From Mobula hypostoma (lineage: Eukaryota), in the NCBI RefSeq assembly GCF_963921235.1, contig NC_086097.1, positions 87,236,001 through 87,300,000 of the forward strand: a stretch of DNA of 64,000 nt, given 5' to 3'. The notes under the pieces were generated by a model. The model was not told where the DNA came from, did no database searches, and was given only the letters and a program-made list of their open reading frames with translations. The position numbers and the translations under genes were made by a program. This document shows positions 38,273 to 50,707 of this stretch, piece by piece (the first letter of the stretch is position 1; each line of letters starts with the position of its first letter).

Positions 38273-39609
38273 TAGCACTAAAGTTAAAGGAGTCGCCTTT
38301 GGGTGAGGGGTTGAACCAATTCTGAATCACAAAAGTTAAAGAACTGAGCACAGAAGATTAGTGGATGTAAAAAGTCCTGGGACATAGAACAACCACTCCC
38401 TAAAAAAATCAGATTATTTTTGCAGACTATGCAGTATGCAAATTGCCAGCCATGCTTAAATACTGGCTAATCAGAATAACCTCACTGCCTAGCAATCCTG
38501 AAACATCTAACACAGGTCTCAAGTGAATCATCAGTAATGTTTTGCTTGAATAAGAGAAAGCTTGTGACAATTTAGAGTGGATTTAGCATATTGAATTGAG
38601 TTTGATGAAGGAAAATGTCTTCTGGCCAATGTTCAATGAATGGTTATGGATACCCTAGGAATTTCATGAAGCATCTGATTATCCAGGATGAATCCATGCT
38701 GTAGCAAAAGATGTTTCCTTCCATGACACAGATTAAAACTGTCATGGACATAAATGGGAATTAAATGTTGCTATGCAGGATTGACTCTAAATATGGAATG
38801 AAATATGGTCTGTTAAAGGAACACTTAAAATGGCTTCACTTATCAGCAAGTTAGATGTCCAAATAGTGACTAATCATTTGCACCATTACTCTTCATTATC
38901 TGTTGGAGTAGAAACATACATTCTCTATAAAACTATCACCATAGTATCAAGATGGAGTAAACAATATGATCTAAAGACCTCTATTCGGGAAGTCAAGGTT
39001 TGGGGCAGGAGACAATGGTGAGGAACATATAGATTGCCATATGTTATAGCTTCCTCACCTTCAAAATAATCATCCAAGTATAACTATAATACCAAATTAG
39101 TTTTGAATTCATGTTGTTAAACCTAATCCTGAAATACCTTGTGACTCACAGGATCAGGGCAACTGTGAGTAGCTGTGTCAATCCTGACTTGCTAATAAGC
39201 TACAGGAACTGGAAGAGTAATCACAGACTGCAAGTTCATTGTTATCCCATATTCAAAAACATTATATGTTAAGTATCAGATAAATTGAGCAACCAGTTCA
39301 ACAAAGTTAATTTGTGATTTTTTTTTGTAGAGAGTAAGAGTATGCATACAAAGTAATTCTACGCCTCAATTTAGTTAATGTAGTTTAATTAATCATTTAA
39401 TTGATTAACAAATTAACAAGAATATAAGGAAGTTCAACCATTACAAATGCTGCAGGGGGAAGGGTAAGGTGTACCCAGAATTAACATAACAGTATTCAGA
39501 GTTAGCTATATGGGCAAAATTTCAAACTCAGACTTGTAGAAAGCAGCTGCAAAAATAAAAACATGACAATTATTACATTATTACTATTTTAACATTCAGA
39601 GGAGAGATA

Positions 39610-40070
39610 AAGATTCAAAGTACATTTATTATCAAACTATGTATGCAGCATACAACCCCGAGGTTCCTCTTCCCGCAGACAGCCACAAAACAAAGAAACA
39701 ACATGGAACCCAATCAAAGAAAAGCATCAAACACCCAACGAAAAAAAAGAAGAAAAATTGCGGAAAAGGCGAAGAATGAGCGAATAACACACAGAATATT
39801 AAGCATCAAATCGCAGAGTCCATGAAACAGGCCAGGAACGTTCAGACTGGTTCAGCTCAGTTCAGTGTAGTGCCATATCATTCATTACCTGCAGACCGCA
39901 GAACCAATCTGCATTGAAGTGCCCCAAACAGAATTGCACAAAATAGCAATAAGAATGATTTAACCAGAATCTAGAAATGCATATGACGTGAACTGATCAA
40001 ACTGTGCCCAAGACTCCTAACTCCTGCACCTTCCTTAGGCAGTAGCAAGCGAGAGGAAGAGTGAGACCCG
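39610..40070 (-). mobile_element. Nonautonomous element with Rex1-like tail
   Basis: 'gattcaaagtacatttattatcaaactatgtatgcagcatacaacccc' matches 16665-16720. Confidence 0.55.
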
Positions 40071-40589
40071 GTAAATGCAGGTGAATAATGATGGAAGTTA
40101 CAAATGGACATGAACTAAAGGAAAAACATAAGAAAAATTATGTTATGCATGATTACAAGTGAAGAAAAATATATTATGCCCTGCCTATGTACTGTTAACC
40201 TAAGTGTAATTAATATGTTTCCTGAAAGGGGGTTGGATATACTGCACAACCTAAAATAACTAATAACAGGTAAATGCCCAATAATTCTTGAGGTCTGGTT
40301 TGAACTTTTGTAAATGAATGGTTTTGCTCTTCTTCTTTGACTTGTTCATGAAAACTGGCTGAGAGCACAGCAACATTAGGGAGAGTCCTTGGGAATTAAT
40401 GGACAGATCTGACAATGAGGACACAAGCGAACAAGAACCATATCCTCACAATTGCTTTCATGAACAATTGAGAAAAATTCTAGTTTAAAATAACTGGTGT
40501 TAAGAGGTAGATGAAAAGAATCCTTTGTAGCTAATTGAAGGTAAGTTTGTGCAGTTTGTAATGCAGTTTCTAAAGTCTGGGTAGATAAC

Positions 40590-41200
40590 ACAGAGAACTG
40601 CACTTTTTGCAGCTCTCTTTGGACACTTCAGTATGAGAGCTACTGGACCTTGAGACTCAAAGGAGGACCAGGATAGACATCAGCAAGAGACTCAAGAGCA
40701 GCTCCTTGCACACCTGCAATTGCTTTGGAGGAAGGGCATCAGTGGAGAGGCACAATTTACTGGAAGTCTTATATGCCCCAAATGGTCTACGTCTGGAAGC
40801 AGAGGCTCCCTGCCATCTCTGAAACAATAGTGTCTTGGAAAATGTCAAGGGATCACGTATGGGGGATGCAAACCCAATTGGTCCATCAGAACCAAAGAGT
40901 CAGTGCCTGTGAAAGTCACTATTAACCAAAATTTCTGGGCCTCTGAATTATTCAGGGGTTTTGTATGAAGCTTGAATAAGATTGTGCAGAGCCCAATTCA
41001 TCATTGTGCAAGATATCAATGATGTGAGCACATGTGGCTCTGAAGGCATGCCTGTTTCGCCCGGGAGTATCCCAGAAATCACTCTTACCAACGTAGAGCT
41101 GGTCTGTAATTACAAGAGGATCTCTTTGCTTCTGAGTGCAGCACTTCCAAGACATGCAGCAGTGCCTTCAGCCTCTGGAGTTCACCTCAGTTGATCTCTT
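40590..41200 (-). mobile_element. Degenerate RTE-like LINE fragment
   Basis: Eroded RT C-terminal region ('ggtcctcctttgagtctcaaggtccagtagctctcatact'); frames broken. Confidence 0.4.
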
Positions 41201-41374
41201 TTCAAAACAGACCAGCTGGATGCATAGACATATGACTGGTACCCTGTGGGAGGAGAGCAAGACTGCAGAGTTCTGCAGGAAAGGGTCTTAAACAACCAGA
41301 AGTCTCACTAAACAAGCTAGAGCCCTTCAGGTGCCTTGAATGCACACCTACCTGAACCTGTGGACAGGGGACAC

Positions 41375-42473
41375 ACTTAGCTCCCCCAGTCAGGGTCATG
41401 TGAAGCCATGGGAGCAGGTGGTGGATGGTCATATGAGCAACTAAATCATATCACAAGTCCTGGTTATGCGACCACTGACGCCAGGCAGTCAATCTATGAA
41501 GAGTATTGATAATAGCTGGGGTCACCTGGCTTGTAAATGCGCTGCCCAGAAGAAGGCACTTATGTAGAAAAATTTGCCAAGAACAATCATAGGTTAGGCA
41601 GCTGTCGATCCCAGGGGATCATGGGTTTGTGCCTCTGGGGGACTGTGTCCTCTCCAGGGCACAAGCCTGGGCGGGAACATTTGAAGAACCAGCTGTTGAC
41701 CAGGCAGTGGCTTCCCCCTCTCCACATCACTGATATAGTCCAAGGGAAGGGCAAGCGCCGATACAGTTTGGGACCAGTGTCATCGCAGGCGTTGCCAGAG
41801 TGAAGTTGTAAACAACGTCAAGCAGCCTTAGGGACCCCGGCTTTGGATTTCTTCCTCGGGGTTTACTCCCGAAGCCTTTCCCATGAGTGGGTATAGCCGC
41901 AAGGCAGTGGAGGTTTAAAATCAGAGTTTTCCTTCTCCTAGTGGGCTGCTGTCCAAGGCTGACAAGCCCCACCTAGCCAAAGCAACTGGTTTTGAGGCAC
42001 TGTGGTCCGCCTTTGCACTTTCTCTTGTCAGTAGAAACAGTTCCGCTGGGCCTAGTAGCTAAGCCACACATGAAGGTCAAGAGTTGGACTTGGTTGTCAG
42101 AGGCTGTTAGAGACGCGTGCCATTTCTAGATTATATCCAATTGCTTTATCAGATACTGCTCTGTGTTGGTTGGATGCACTGAACTTTAAGTTACTTGGAT
42201 AACTTCCATGGAGTTAAATGTTTTTCTCATTTAAATGCAGGACATTGTCTCTGTTGTCATTTTAACTTGCATCTTTCAAGTTTTACTCTTGTATATTTTC
42301 CAACTAAACAGGAGTCAAAAGTTCTGCAGTATGTTATCAGCAAAGTCATATTTTATAGGTAGTGGGAGCTTATCCCCACTACCACCCCGGCTATGACAAC
42401 CTTAGGAACCAAGAACAATCGTGGTCATGGAAAGACCATGATCACCCATGTCATACGACATGAGACAAAATGA
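41375..42473 (+). mobile_element. RTE-tailed SINE (17685 family) split by a nested insertion
   Basis: 41375-41595 and 42411-42473 are contiguous parts of the family; duplicated 'aagaacaatc(a/g)t(a/g)g' at the junctions. Confidence 0.75.
41596..42410 (-). mobile_element. RTE/Expander-related nonautonomous element (5'UTR-derived), interrupted at about 42126-42353
   Basis: Minus: 'ctaggagaaggaaaactctgattttaaacctccactgcc'; 5' end 'ggttcctaaggttgtcatagccggggtggtagtggggataagctcccactacc'. Confidence 0.7.
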
Positions 42474-44079
42474 ATATATGTACATTATTGGATAAGGCAA
42501 ATTCTGCCAGCTTCTTCATGTGTACTTAACATGCAGAAGACTAAGTATATGATGTGGTATACAGTAGGTGCAGTCAGACAAAGTGACCTCCTCAAAGAAG
42601 AGCTATTGTTGCTCTGCTACTCAACCTCTACGATTAATTGCATGAATTATAATTTTCAAGATAAGAGAGTGTAAGGTTATCACTGTGCAGATAATCATAT
42701 TTCATTTGCTGTTGACTTCAGTTCCAGATGAGGGAACACTGTATGAAACGTGCCTGGATGACATTGGATTCTGTGGCTATGAGATCTCCATGTGCCTGTT
42801 TCCACAGGCCATAAATTTTCTTAAGTCAGTTATTTTTTCTTCTCTGCAGGAGTTTTTGCAAGATTACTCTGTCTTTCCCTGATAGGAGAAAAAGAGACTA
42901 GAAAGTGAAAGGCATGGAACAAGTGGATGGGAGAGCATTTGTTCTTGATGATTATGAGGGAGAAATATGACTTTGCTGATTACATACTGCAGAACTTTGG
43001 ACTCCTGTTTAGTTGGAAAATATACAAGAGTAAAACTTGAAAGATGCGAGTTAAAATGACAACAGATATAATGTCCTGCATTTAAATAAGAAAAACAGGT
43101 AACACATTTAACTCCATGGAAGTTATCCAAGCTACTTAAAGTTTAGTGCATCCAACCAACACAGAGCTATATCTGATAAAGTAATTGGATATAAAATAGA
43201 AAGTGCTGCAAATAGTCAGTAGGCTAAACCATATCTGAGAAGAGAGCCCCAGAGTTAATTTTTCAGGTCATTAACCTTCCATTAGGGCGGTAATCTGAAA
43301 GCTCAGCTGTATTTTGAATAAAATACAATGCAAACTAGATGCCCTTGTTCTGTAAAACAAATTTTAGATCATTCAGGTCAGTGAAGTACAAAGAGACTTA
43401 ATTTACAAAAACAGCTCAGCATGAGATGTGAGACTGGTCCCCTAGTGGGCTTAACTAATTAAAAAATACAAGAAAACTTACATTTTTCAACCTGAAAATG
43501 ATGTAACTGACAGAAGGTTTTATGAAGGTGTACAGAAAAGTAAATTCAGAATATTATTTTTAACTAACGCAACAGCAAGTTAAGAGGCCACGGAATCCAC
43601 CCAAATGGGGCTAGGAACAGAGCTCTTTTGAAAAAGATGAATACAGTATTAGTAAATAAAACCATAAACTGATAAGATAGGGTGGATTCCAGGTGAAAAT
43701 AATGTAGACTTATAAATGAAAGGAATAGGAGAGGAAGATAAGGATTAAGGAAGAAGATTAGCATTATGGTAAAGGAATAGAATATAAATATAAAAATGAC
43801 TTTAAAGGAAAGGGGAGGGCTGAATAATAAGACTATTTATATTGTCTATCGGAAATATGCACAGAAACTGAAACAAAATGGAGAAGTAAGAACACTGATT
43901 TGTGCTGAGGAGCCAAATATATTGTGAATGACTAAAAATAGTTTAATAAATTATTGTAAAATATTGTGAAGTGCAATGTACTTTGAAAGGTAAAGAAAGA
44001 AAGAAATTGTAAATGCTCTAATTAGAGGCACTAATAACAGTAGAGTTAGGGGTATTACTGAGGCTAAAGTAGAACTTGG

Positions 44080-44470
44080 CACCTTAAAATCAGTCACTTC
44101 AGAGAGCTGGGGATCATCAGCCATGGTTAACAGTCATCTAGGAGAAGGAAAACTCTGATCTCAAACCTCCACTGCTTTGCAGCTGTACCCACCCTTGGGA
44201 AAGGCTTCAGAGTAAACCCTAAGGAAAAATCCGGAGCTGGAGTCTCTAAGGCATTCCAATATTGAGTTCAATGTTGACTGACAACTCCAGCGATGCCATT
44301 GGTGCCAAACTATATCGGTCTCTACCTTTCAATTCATCAGCTCTGTGGAGAGGGGTAGCCTGCTGCATGGGCAACAGCTTGTTCTCTATAGAGTACTGCC
44401 CTGGCTTGTGTATCACGTAGACTGCTAGGACACGTCCATGGTCAAGCCTGGGCCAATGGAGGGCCTCTCA
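44080..44470 (+). mobile_element. RTE-related nonautonomous element (same family as 41596-42410), 5'-truncated
   Basis: 'ctaggagaaggaaaactctgatctcaaacctccactgc...gtggagaggggtagcctgctgcatgggcaacagc'. Confidence 0.7.
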
Positions 44471-44509
44471 AAGTAGAAATCTATTTAAGTTGAAATAAAT
44501 GATAGAAAC

Positions 44510-44938
44510 ACCATCAGGGACCCCTACCACCCAGGACATGCTCTCTTCTCACTGCTGCCATCAGGAAGAAAGTACAGGAGCCTCAGGTCTCACATCACCA
44601 GGTTCAGGAATAGTTATTACCCCTCAAGCAAAAGTGATAACTTTACTCAACTCCACTTGCTCCATCATTGAAATATTCCCACAACCTATGGACTCACTTT
44701 CAAGGACTCTTCATCTCATGTTCTCAATACTTATTGCTTATTTATTTATTATCATAATTTATTTCTTTTTGTATTTGTGAAGTTTGTTGTCATTTGCATA
44801 CTGGTTGATTGGTCAAGTTGATGCGATCTGTCATCGATTCTATTATGGATTTATTGAGTATGCCCACAAAAAATGAATCTCAGGGTTGTATGTGGTGACA
44901 TATATGTACTTTGATAATAAATTTATTTTGAATTTTGA
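44510..44938 (+). mobile_element. Rex1/Babar 3' end
   Basis: HPGHALFSLLPSGRKYRSLRSHITRFRNSYYP; same 3'UTR as 37900-38272. Confidence 0.85.
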
Positions 44939-45111
44939 TCTTCCAATAGTAGAAAGACGTGGGAAGAAAGATGGCACAGTGTTGAAACTAGTAAAGCTGT
45001 TGCCTCCCTGTGCTTGCAAATCTTCTTCTTTGAGTTTTTACGGCAGTTGGCATCCACATTGTTGCATTACTGCCATCTTTCGGATTTATTGTCCCTCATT
45101 GTCCATTCACT

Positions 45112-48100
45112 TTAAAGCCGTCTTTCCAGTCCCGTCACCCTTAAAAAACTAAACAACCATTTCCTCCCCTGATCATTCTCCCCACATTCCAATAAACCTT
45201 TAACACTGTTCTCTACCAGTCCTATGTTGCGTAATTGTTGTAACATTTGTGGTCTTTCCTGTGCAAATTTCCGGCAGGAAAGAAGGATATGCTCCACTGT
45301 TTCAGTCTCCTGACATAGATCACAGAAACCTGTTGGATGTTTATTTATGATGGCCAGAGTGCCATTAAGGTTGCTGTGCCCAATTCTCAGTCTACTTATA
45401 ATTATTTGCTCCTTCCGCTTTACTCCTCTACTTCTTCCCATGTCTACTCTGTTCTGAATTGAATGTAAATGTCTTCCTTTTCTTGCTCTATCCCAATGTT
45501 GCTGCCACTGTTGATTTATCCTTCTCCACACTATGCTCTTCCCCTCTGATTTTGATAGTTTAATATTGACCTCTACAGATCCTTTTTGACTGCTGCTATT
45601 GCCAGTTTATCTGCGGTCTCATTTCCCATAATACCTGAATGTGCTGGAACCCACATGAATGCGATATTTTTGCCTTGTCTAGCCAATCTTGAATTTGCAA
45701 ACAGGATTTCATAAAGCAGATCCTGGTGACCTCTAGCTGTACCCGTCTTAATGCTTGCAAGGGCCGATACAGAATCGTTACATATCACGATATTATTACA
45801 ATCAACCTGCTCACTCCATTCTAGTGCTAACAATATGGCAAACATTTCAACTGCATATACACTCTAACAATCAGGTGTTCTCTTGCTAATTTCCACTTGA
45901 TAACTTGGTACAACAATTACAGACCCTGTTGCACCTGTTTCTGGATCCTTTGATCCATCAGTAAAAATCTGTACGCCTTTATAGTTACATTCCCTATAAA
46001 TATGATATTCACTGAGTATATCAGCTGTCTTATTACTGTGTTTAATCTTAAGCAATTCCAAATCCATAGATGGATTTTCTAATACACAGAAAGGTCTGAC
46101 AGGCCACAGCACACTTGGACAAAACTCTTTATCGTATACACCCATATCTTTTGCTGTTTGCTCTCCTGTCCGGCCAAAACTTTCATTTGTGTCCTCTCCT
46201 TCTCCCAGCATGTCTGCAACACCCCTTTTGTAGGATGGCTATCACCATGCCCCCTTAAATTAATCCAGTGATTGGCCTCCAGCTGTTTACGCTGCAGCCC
46301 CAATGGCATTTCGTTTGCCTCAACTTGGAGTGCACACACTGGGGAAGTTCTAACCGCTCCCAAGCACACCCTTAGAGCCCGAGCTTGCACGATATCCAGT
46401 TCTGCCAGCACAGATTTTGCTGCTGACCCGTATACAATACTTCCATAGTCTAATCTTGATCTCATTAATGCTACATAAATATACTGCAGTGATGCAAAAT
46501 CAGCACCCCATTCCAATCCAGCAAGACACCTCATGACATTTATCACATTTTTACATTTACTAACTACATATCTAACATGTTCTCTCCATGTTAATCTCAG
46601 GTCAAAGTGCACTCCCAAAAAACGAAAACTTTCAACTCTCTCCAGGTTATTTCCATACAGATTCAAATTACATCCCCTGAACTTTTTCCTTGTAAAGAAC
46701 ATGGCTTTTGTCTTCTCCACTGAAAATTTAACACCCCACTTGGTCCCCCACTCTTCAACTTGATTAATTCCATCTTGCATATTCGTAACTATACGTTCAA
46801 TATTTCTCCCTCTTTTCCACAAAGCCCCATCATCTGGAAACAATGACCTCCCCACTTCTGTTGGAATATTTACGAATATATCATTTATCAAAATGGAGAA
46901 TAAAGTTGGACTCACTACACTCTCCTGAGGCGTCCCGTTTTCTACAACATACTGGCTTGATAGCTCTTATTCTATCTTCACCTTGATAGTTCTCCCGTTT
47001 AAAAAGTCCTTAACCCAATTGAACATTGCCCCCCCCAATTCCCATTAAATGTAGCTTGATTAGGAGCCCCTCTTTCCATAACATATCGTAAGCTTTCTCA
47101 ACATCAAAAAAAAAACTGCAACCACTGTCTCTTTATTTACTTGAGCTTTTCTTATTTCATCCTCTAGACACAACACTGGATCCATAGTATTCCTTCCTTT
47201 CCTGAACCCGCTGTGATACATAGCCACCATACCTCTACTTTCCAAGAAGTACACTAACCTCTCATTTATCATACCTTCCATAAGTTTACATACATGTGAC
47301 GTCAAGGCAATTGGCCTGTAGTTTCCTGGCCTGCTGGCATCTTTCCCAGGTTTCCTTATTGGAATAATTATTGCCTCTTTCCAGCTCCCTGGTATTCTCC
47401 CTTCATCCCAGACTTTGTTATACAGAAGCAGTAGTTTCTCCAGACTTCCTTCACTCAAGTGTTTTATCATACAATAACATATTTCATCTTTACCTGGCGC
47501 AGTCTTTCCTGTTTTATCTAGTGCCTTTCTTAATTCTCCCATGCTGAAAGGGACATCTTGCACACCGTCAAGGTTAGTTTTCCTACATAAAGCCTCCATA
47601 TTTTCAGTTTTTGTTCTCTCTCTACCTCTTCTTTGCTTCTCAGGCAAATTATCGGAACTATCTACCATAACAAAAGTGTTTGCCAACAATTCTGCCTTTT
47701 CCTTATTTGTTACTGCAGTCACATTTCCATCAACCAGAACTGGGTACCTCCACTCTCTCCTGTCCCCTCCCATCCTTTTTATCATCCCCCACACTTCTCA
47801 TACTTGTGTTGTGTTTCCGATTGAATCACAATACTTTCTCCAGGGGGTTCTTTTAGCATGTCTTATTGTCCTCCTTACTACTGCCTGAGCTTGTTTGTAC
47901 TGAATCATATGTTGGAAGTTATGAGTTCTTTTAACCAGTTTAAATGCCTTATTTCTATTTCTCACTGCTTCCTTACAATTATCATCCCACCATGGTATTA
48001 TTCTCTTCTTTATTCTTCCTTTACTTTTAGGGATGGATTCTAATGCAGTTGATATTATACCTTGTTTTAATATGCTGTCAAGTGTTTCTATGTCCATTCC

Positions 48101-49525
48101 ATCGCTGACCCGACTTAGATATCTATCACTTTTTTCCAGAAATTTCTCTCAATTGGCTTTCTCAAGGATCCATTTCCCACCTGTATTCTCTGTGACTAAT
48201 GAGGCAGAAATATTTATCTTGCACCAGATTGGGTAATGATCACTCCCTACAGTTCCTTCTTGGTACACTAACCAATCATACACTGATGTAATGGAGTTTG
48301 ATACTAATGTAAGATCAAGCACAGATTCTTTACCTGTATTAATGCCAATTCTAGTACTACTGCCATCATTTATGCACACTAAATACTTCTCATCTAGCAA
48401 CTCCTCTATTACCTGACCATTGATGTCCGTTCTGTCACTCCCCCATAATTCTTTGTAATGTTCAGTTATATTGGCTCGTGTATGTCTAGGGGAAATCCAG
48501 CCCAGCACCTGCTTCAACACTCCCCACAGGGTTGGTCGCCGCCCGAATCAATCACAACATCAATCATCAGCCAGCACACCCAGTAAATTTTAACAAATAC
48601 ACTTTATAGATGTTACTAATTCTATGACATTAATATACATTTGATACAGAGAGGAAAGTAATGGAAATAAAGGTGCTAACACTTATCAAAGTCCAAAGTC
48701 CAAGTTCTTTGTGCGCTACCGTTGGAGCTCAATTCGACTTCAGACGACCACCCGAATTCCGTCGACTCACGGCTCGGGACCACCCTGAGTGATCGACCGG
48801 AGCCTCTCCACACGTCCGCGGTCCTCCTCGTCTCTCCTCTGACTCCCCGTCAAAAACCCCGTCCACCATCCTCCCCGTCTCTCCTCCGACTCCCTGCCAA
48901 AACTCAGTCCACAATCATATCATACAGCATGGTATCCAAAAAGCAAAATGATACATAACCACCCATTGGCTAATAGAAGGCTGCTATCTCAATTTAAAGT
49001 AAAACAAACTGCTAGCGCAAACTCTCTTCAGTGTTAAAGCACAACAAAGCCACATTCCCCAGATTAACATAACAAAGTCGCCATTTTAAATGTAACAAAA
49101 GAAAGACCCCGTACATCTTTATGTCCATTAAAATCACCACACCAAACAACGTTACTACTATTCTGCCCTTCTATCTCCTCAAGCTTGTTTAACTCTAGTC
49201 TTTTGCATGGATTATAATAATTCACAATCACCAACTCTTTCCTTTCAGCCCATACTTTTACTACCACATACACTTGTTCACTTCCTACACATTGTATTCT
49301 ATAAGGAATACCTTGCTTTACATAAGTTGCACATCCTCCTCCTCCACCCTTTCTCCTGTCTCGCCTTACTGCCTCATAATCGTATAAAACAAAATCCAAA
49401 TTAGGTTTTAACCAGGTCTCCTGGATACACACAACATCTGGCTTTTCTCTCCTATTTGCTATAAACTGATTGAAATCTTGTCCATAAGCAATCAGGCTTC
49501 TTGCATTCCATTGAAGAAGTAGCAT
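45112..49525 (-). pseudogene. LINE ORF2: APE endonuclease, RT, RNase H, CCHC (disrupted)
   Basis: LQWNARSL, CIQETWL, GDFN, GSDHYPI; PGKDEI, NYRPIALTS, GFRKGR, LFPDDGALW; IFTDGSK, NDSVSAL, WVPAHSGIMGNETAD; CDLCQETETVEHILLSC; several frameshifts and stops. Confidence 0.92.
48454..49115. mobile_element. Solo LTR (662 bp)
   Basis: TGTA...TACA termini, 4-bp TSD TCTT; excision restores in-frame GDFNGHKELWGSD. Confidence 0.88.
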
Positions 49526-49536
49526 TATTAGTAATA

Positions 49537-50707
49537 TCAACCCACACATACTGTCTCTTGACTTGACCGTACCCTGAGTTCATCGTTTACTTCTTCCCAT
49601 TTTAATCCTATCATATCCAAATGGTGCTCTGCAGCTTTCACAATAATCTGAATCCTTTCAGTTTTAGATTTGATCTCATGCGTTGCGTTTACCACTCCTG
49701 CTATAAAGGTCACCAATTTCTTCTTCTCTATCCATGCATTCTTCTTATCTTGCCTTTCTTTAGCTGCCGCTTGCTCTTCGCTACATCCTCCCTCATTCAT
49801 TTTCTTCTGTCCTGCCAACTTGACTGCCTCAGCACATGAGACTTCTTCCTTCACTCTTATTTGCTGCACCTCCACCTCTTTTTTCAACACTTCACATCCC
49901 CAGTACACTACACTATGGTTACCTCCACAATTACAGCACTTTGGTCTCACTCCCTCTCCACATTTTCCGTATTCACGTTCCCCACCACACCTTGCACATC
50001 TTCTCTTTCCTTTGCACACTTTGGCCACATGCCCAAACTCCTGGCAATTGAAACACCTCATAGGTTTTGTTATATATTCTCTTACACTGTATCTTAGAAA
50101 TCCAAAATATAACTCCTTTGGAGGCACCTTATCCTCAAATTCTACCAGAACGGTTTCAGTCTCCCTTTTCTCTGCTCCCCTTGTCATTCTTTTTACACTC
50201 TTCACTGAACTATTCCTCACTCTCAAGTTCTCCACTCACTCCTTCATATTAACACTGAGGGGAACCCCAGATATCACCCCCTTGCAAGCATTGAGCCTTT
50301 GTGCTCCAACTCTTACAACCCTGGGCACTTTGACATTCCCAACATTAGTCACCTTCATTGCCTTCCCCATCTGCTCCTCAGTTTTACATCCTATCAGCAG
50401 GTTTCCATCTCCTAAAATTCTTGCATGGCTCACTTCCCCTACTTGCCCTCTGATGATTTTTGTAGCTTAAGCGGATCGATTTTCTTTACTCCCCCTTCCC
50501 CCTCAAATCTTGCCACTACATTTAGCACTTTTGCCCTCGGGCCCTCTCCTCAACTTCTCTTCCCTCACTTTCCAATCCACCTACACTAAACCCACCTCCT
50601 TTCTTTCTCTTCCAACCCATCACCTTCCTGTTCTCAGGCCCTCTCCCCACCTCTTCCAACTCAAACTCCGTGCTGTTGCTATCACCATCAGTCTCCCTCC
50701 CTGCCAT
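49537..50707 (-). pseudogene. LINE ORF1 gag-like protein with three zinc knuckles (disrupted)
   Basis: KGVISGVP, RCFNCQEFGHVAKVC, RCARCGGEREYGKC, KCCNCGGNHSVVYWGC; internal stops. Confidence 0.88.

Noticed and set aside
49670..50470. 266-aa plus-strand ORF
   Set aside because: Antisense shadow of LINE ORF1 with no recognisable domain.
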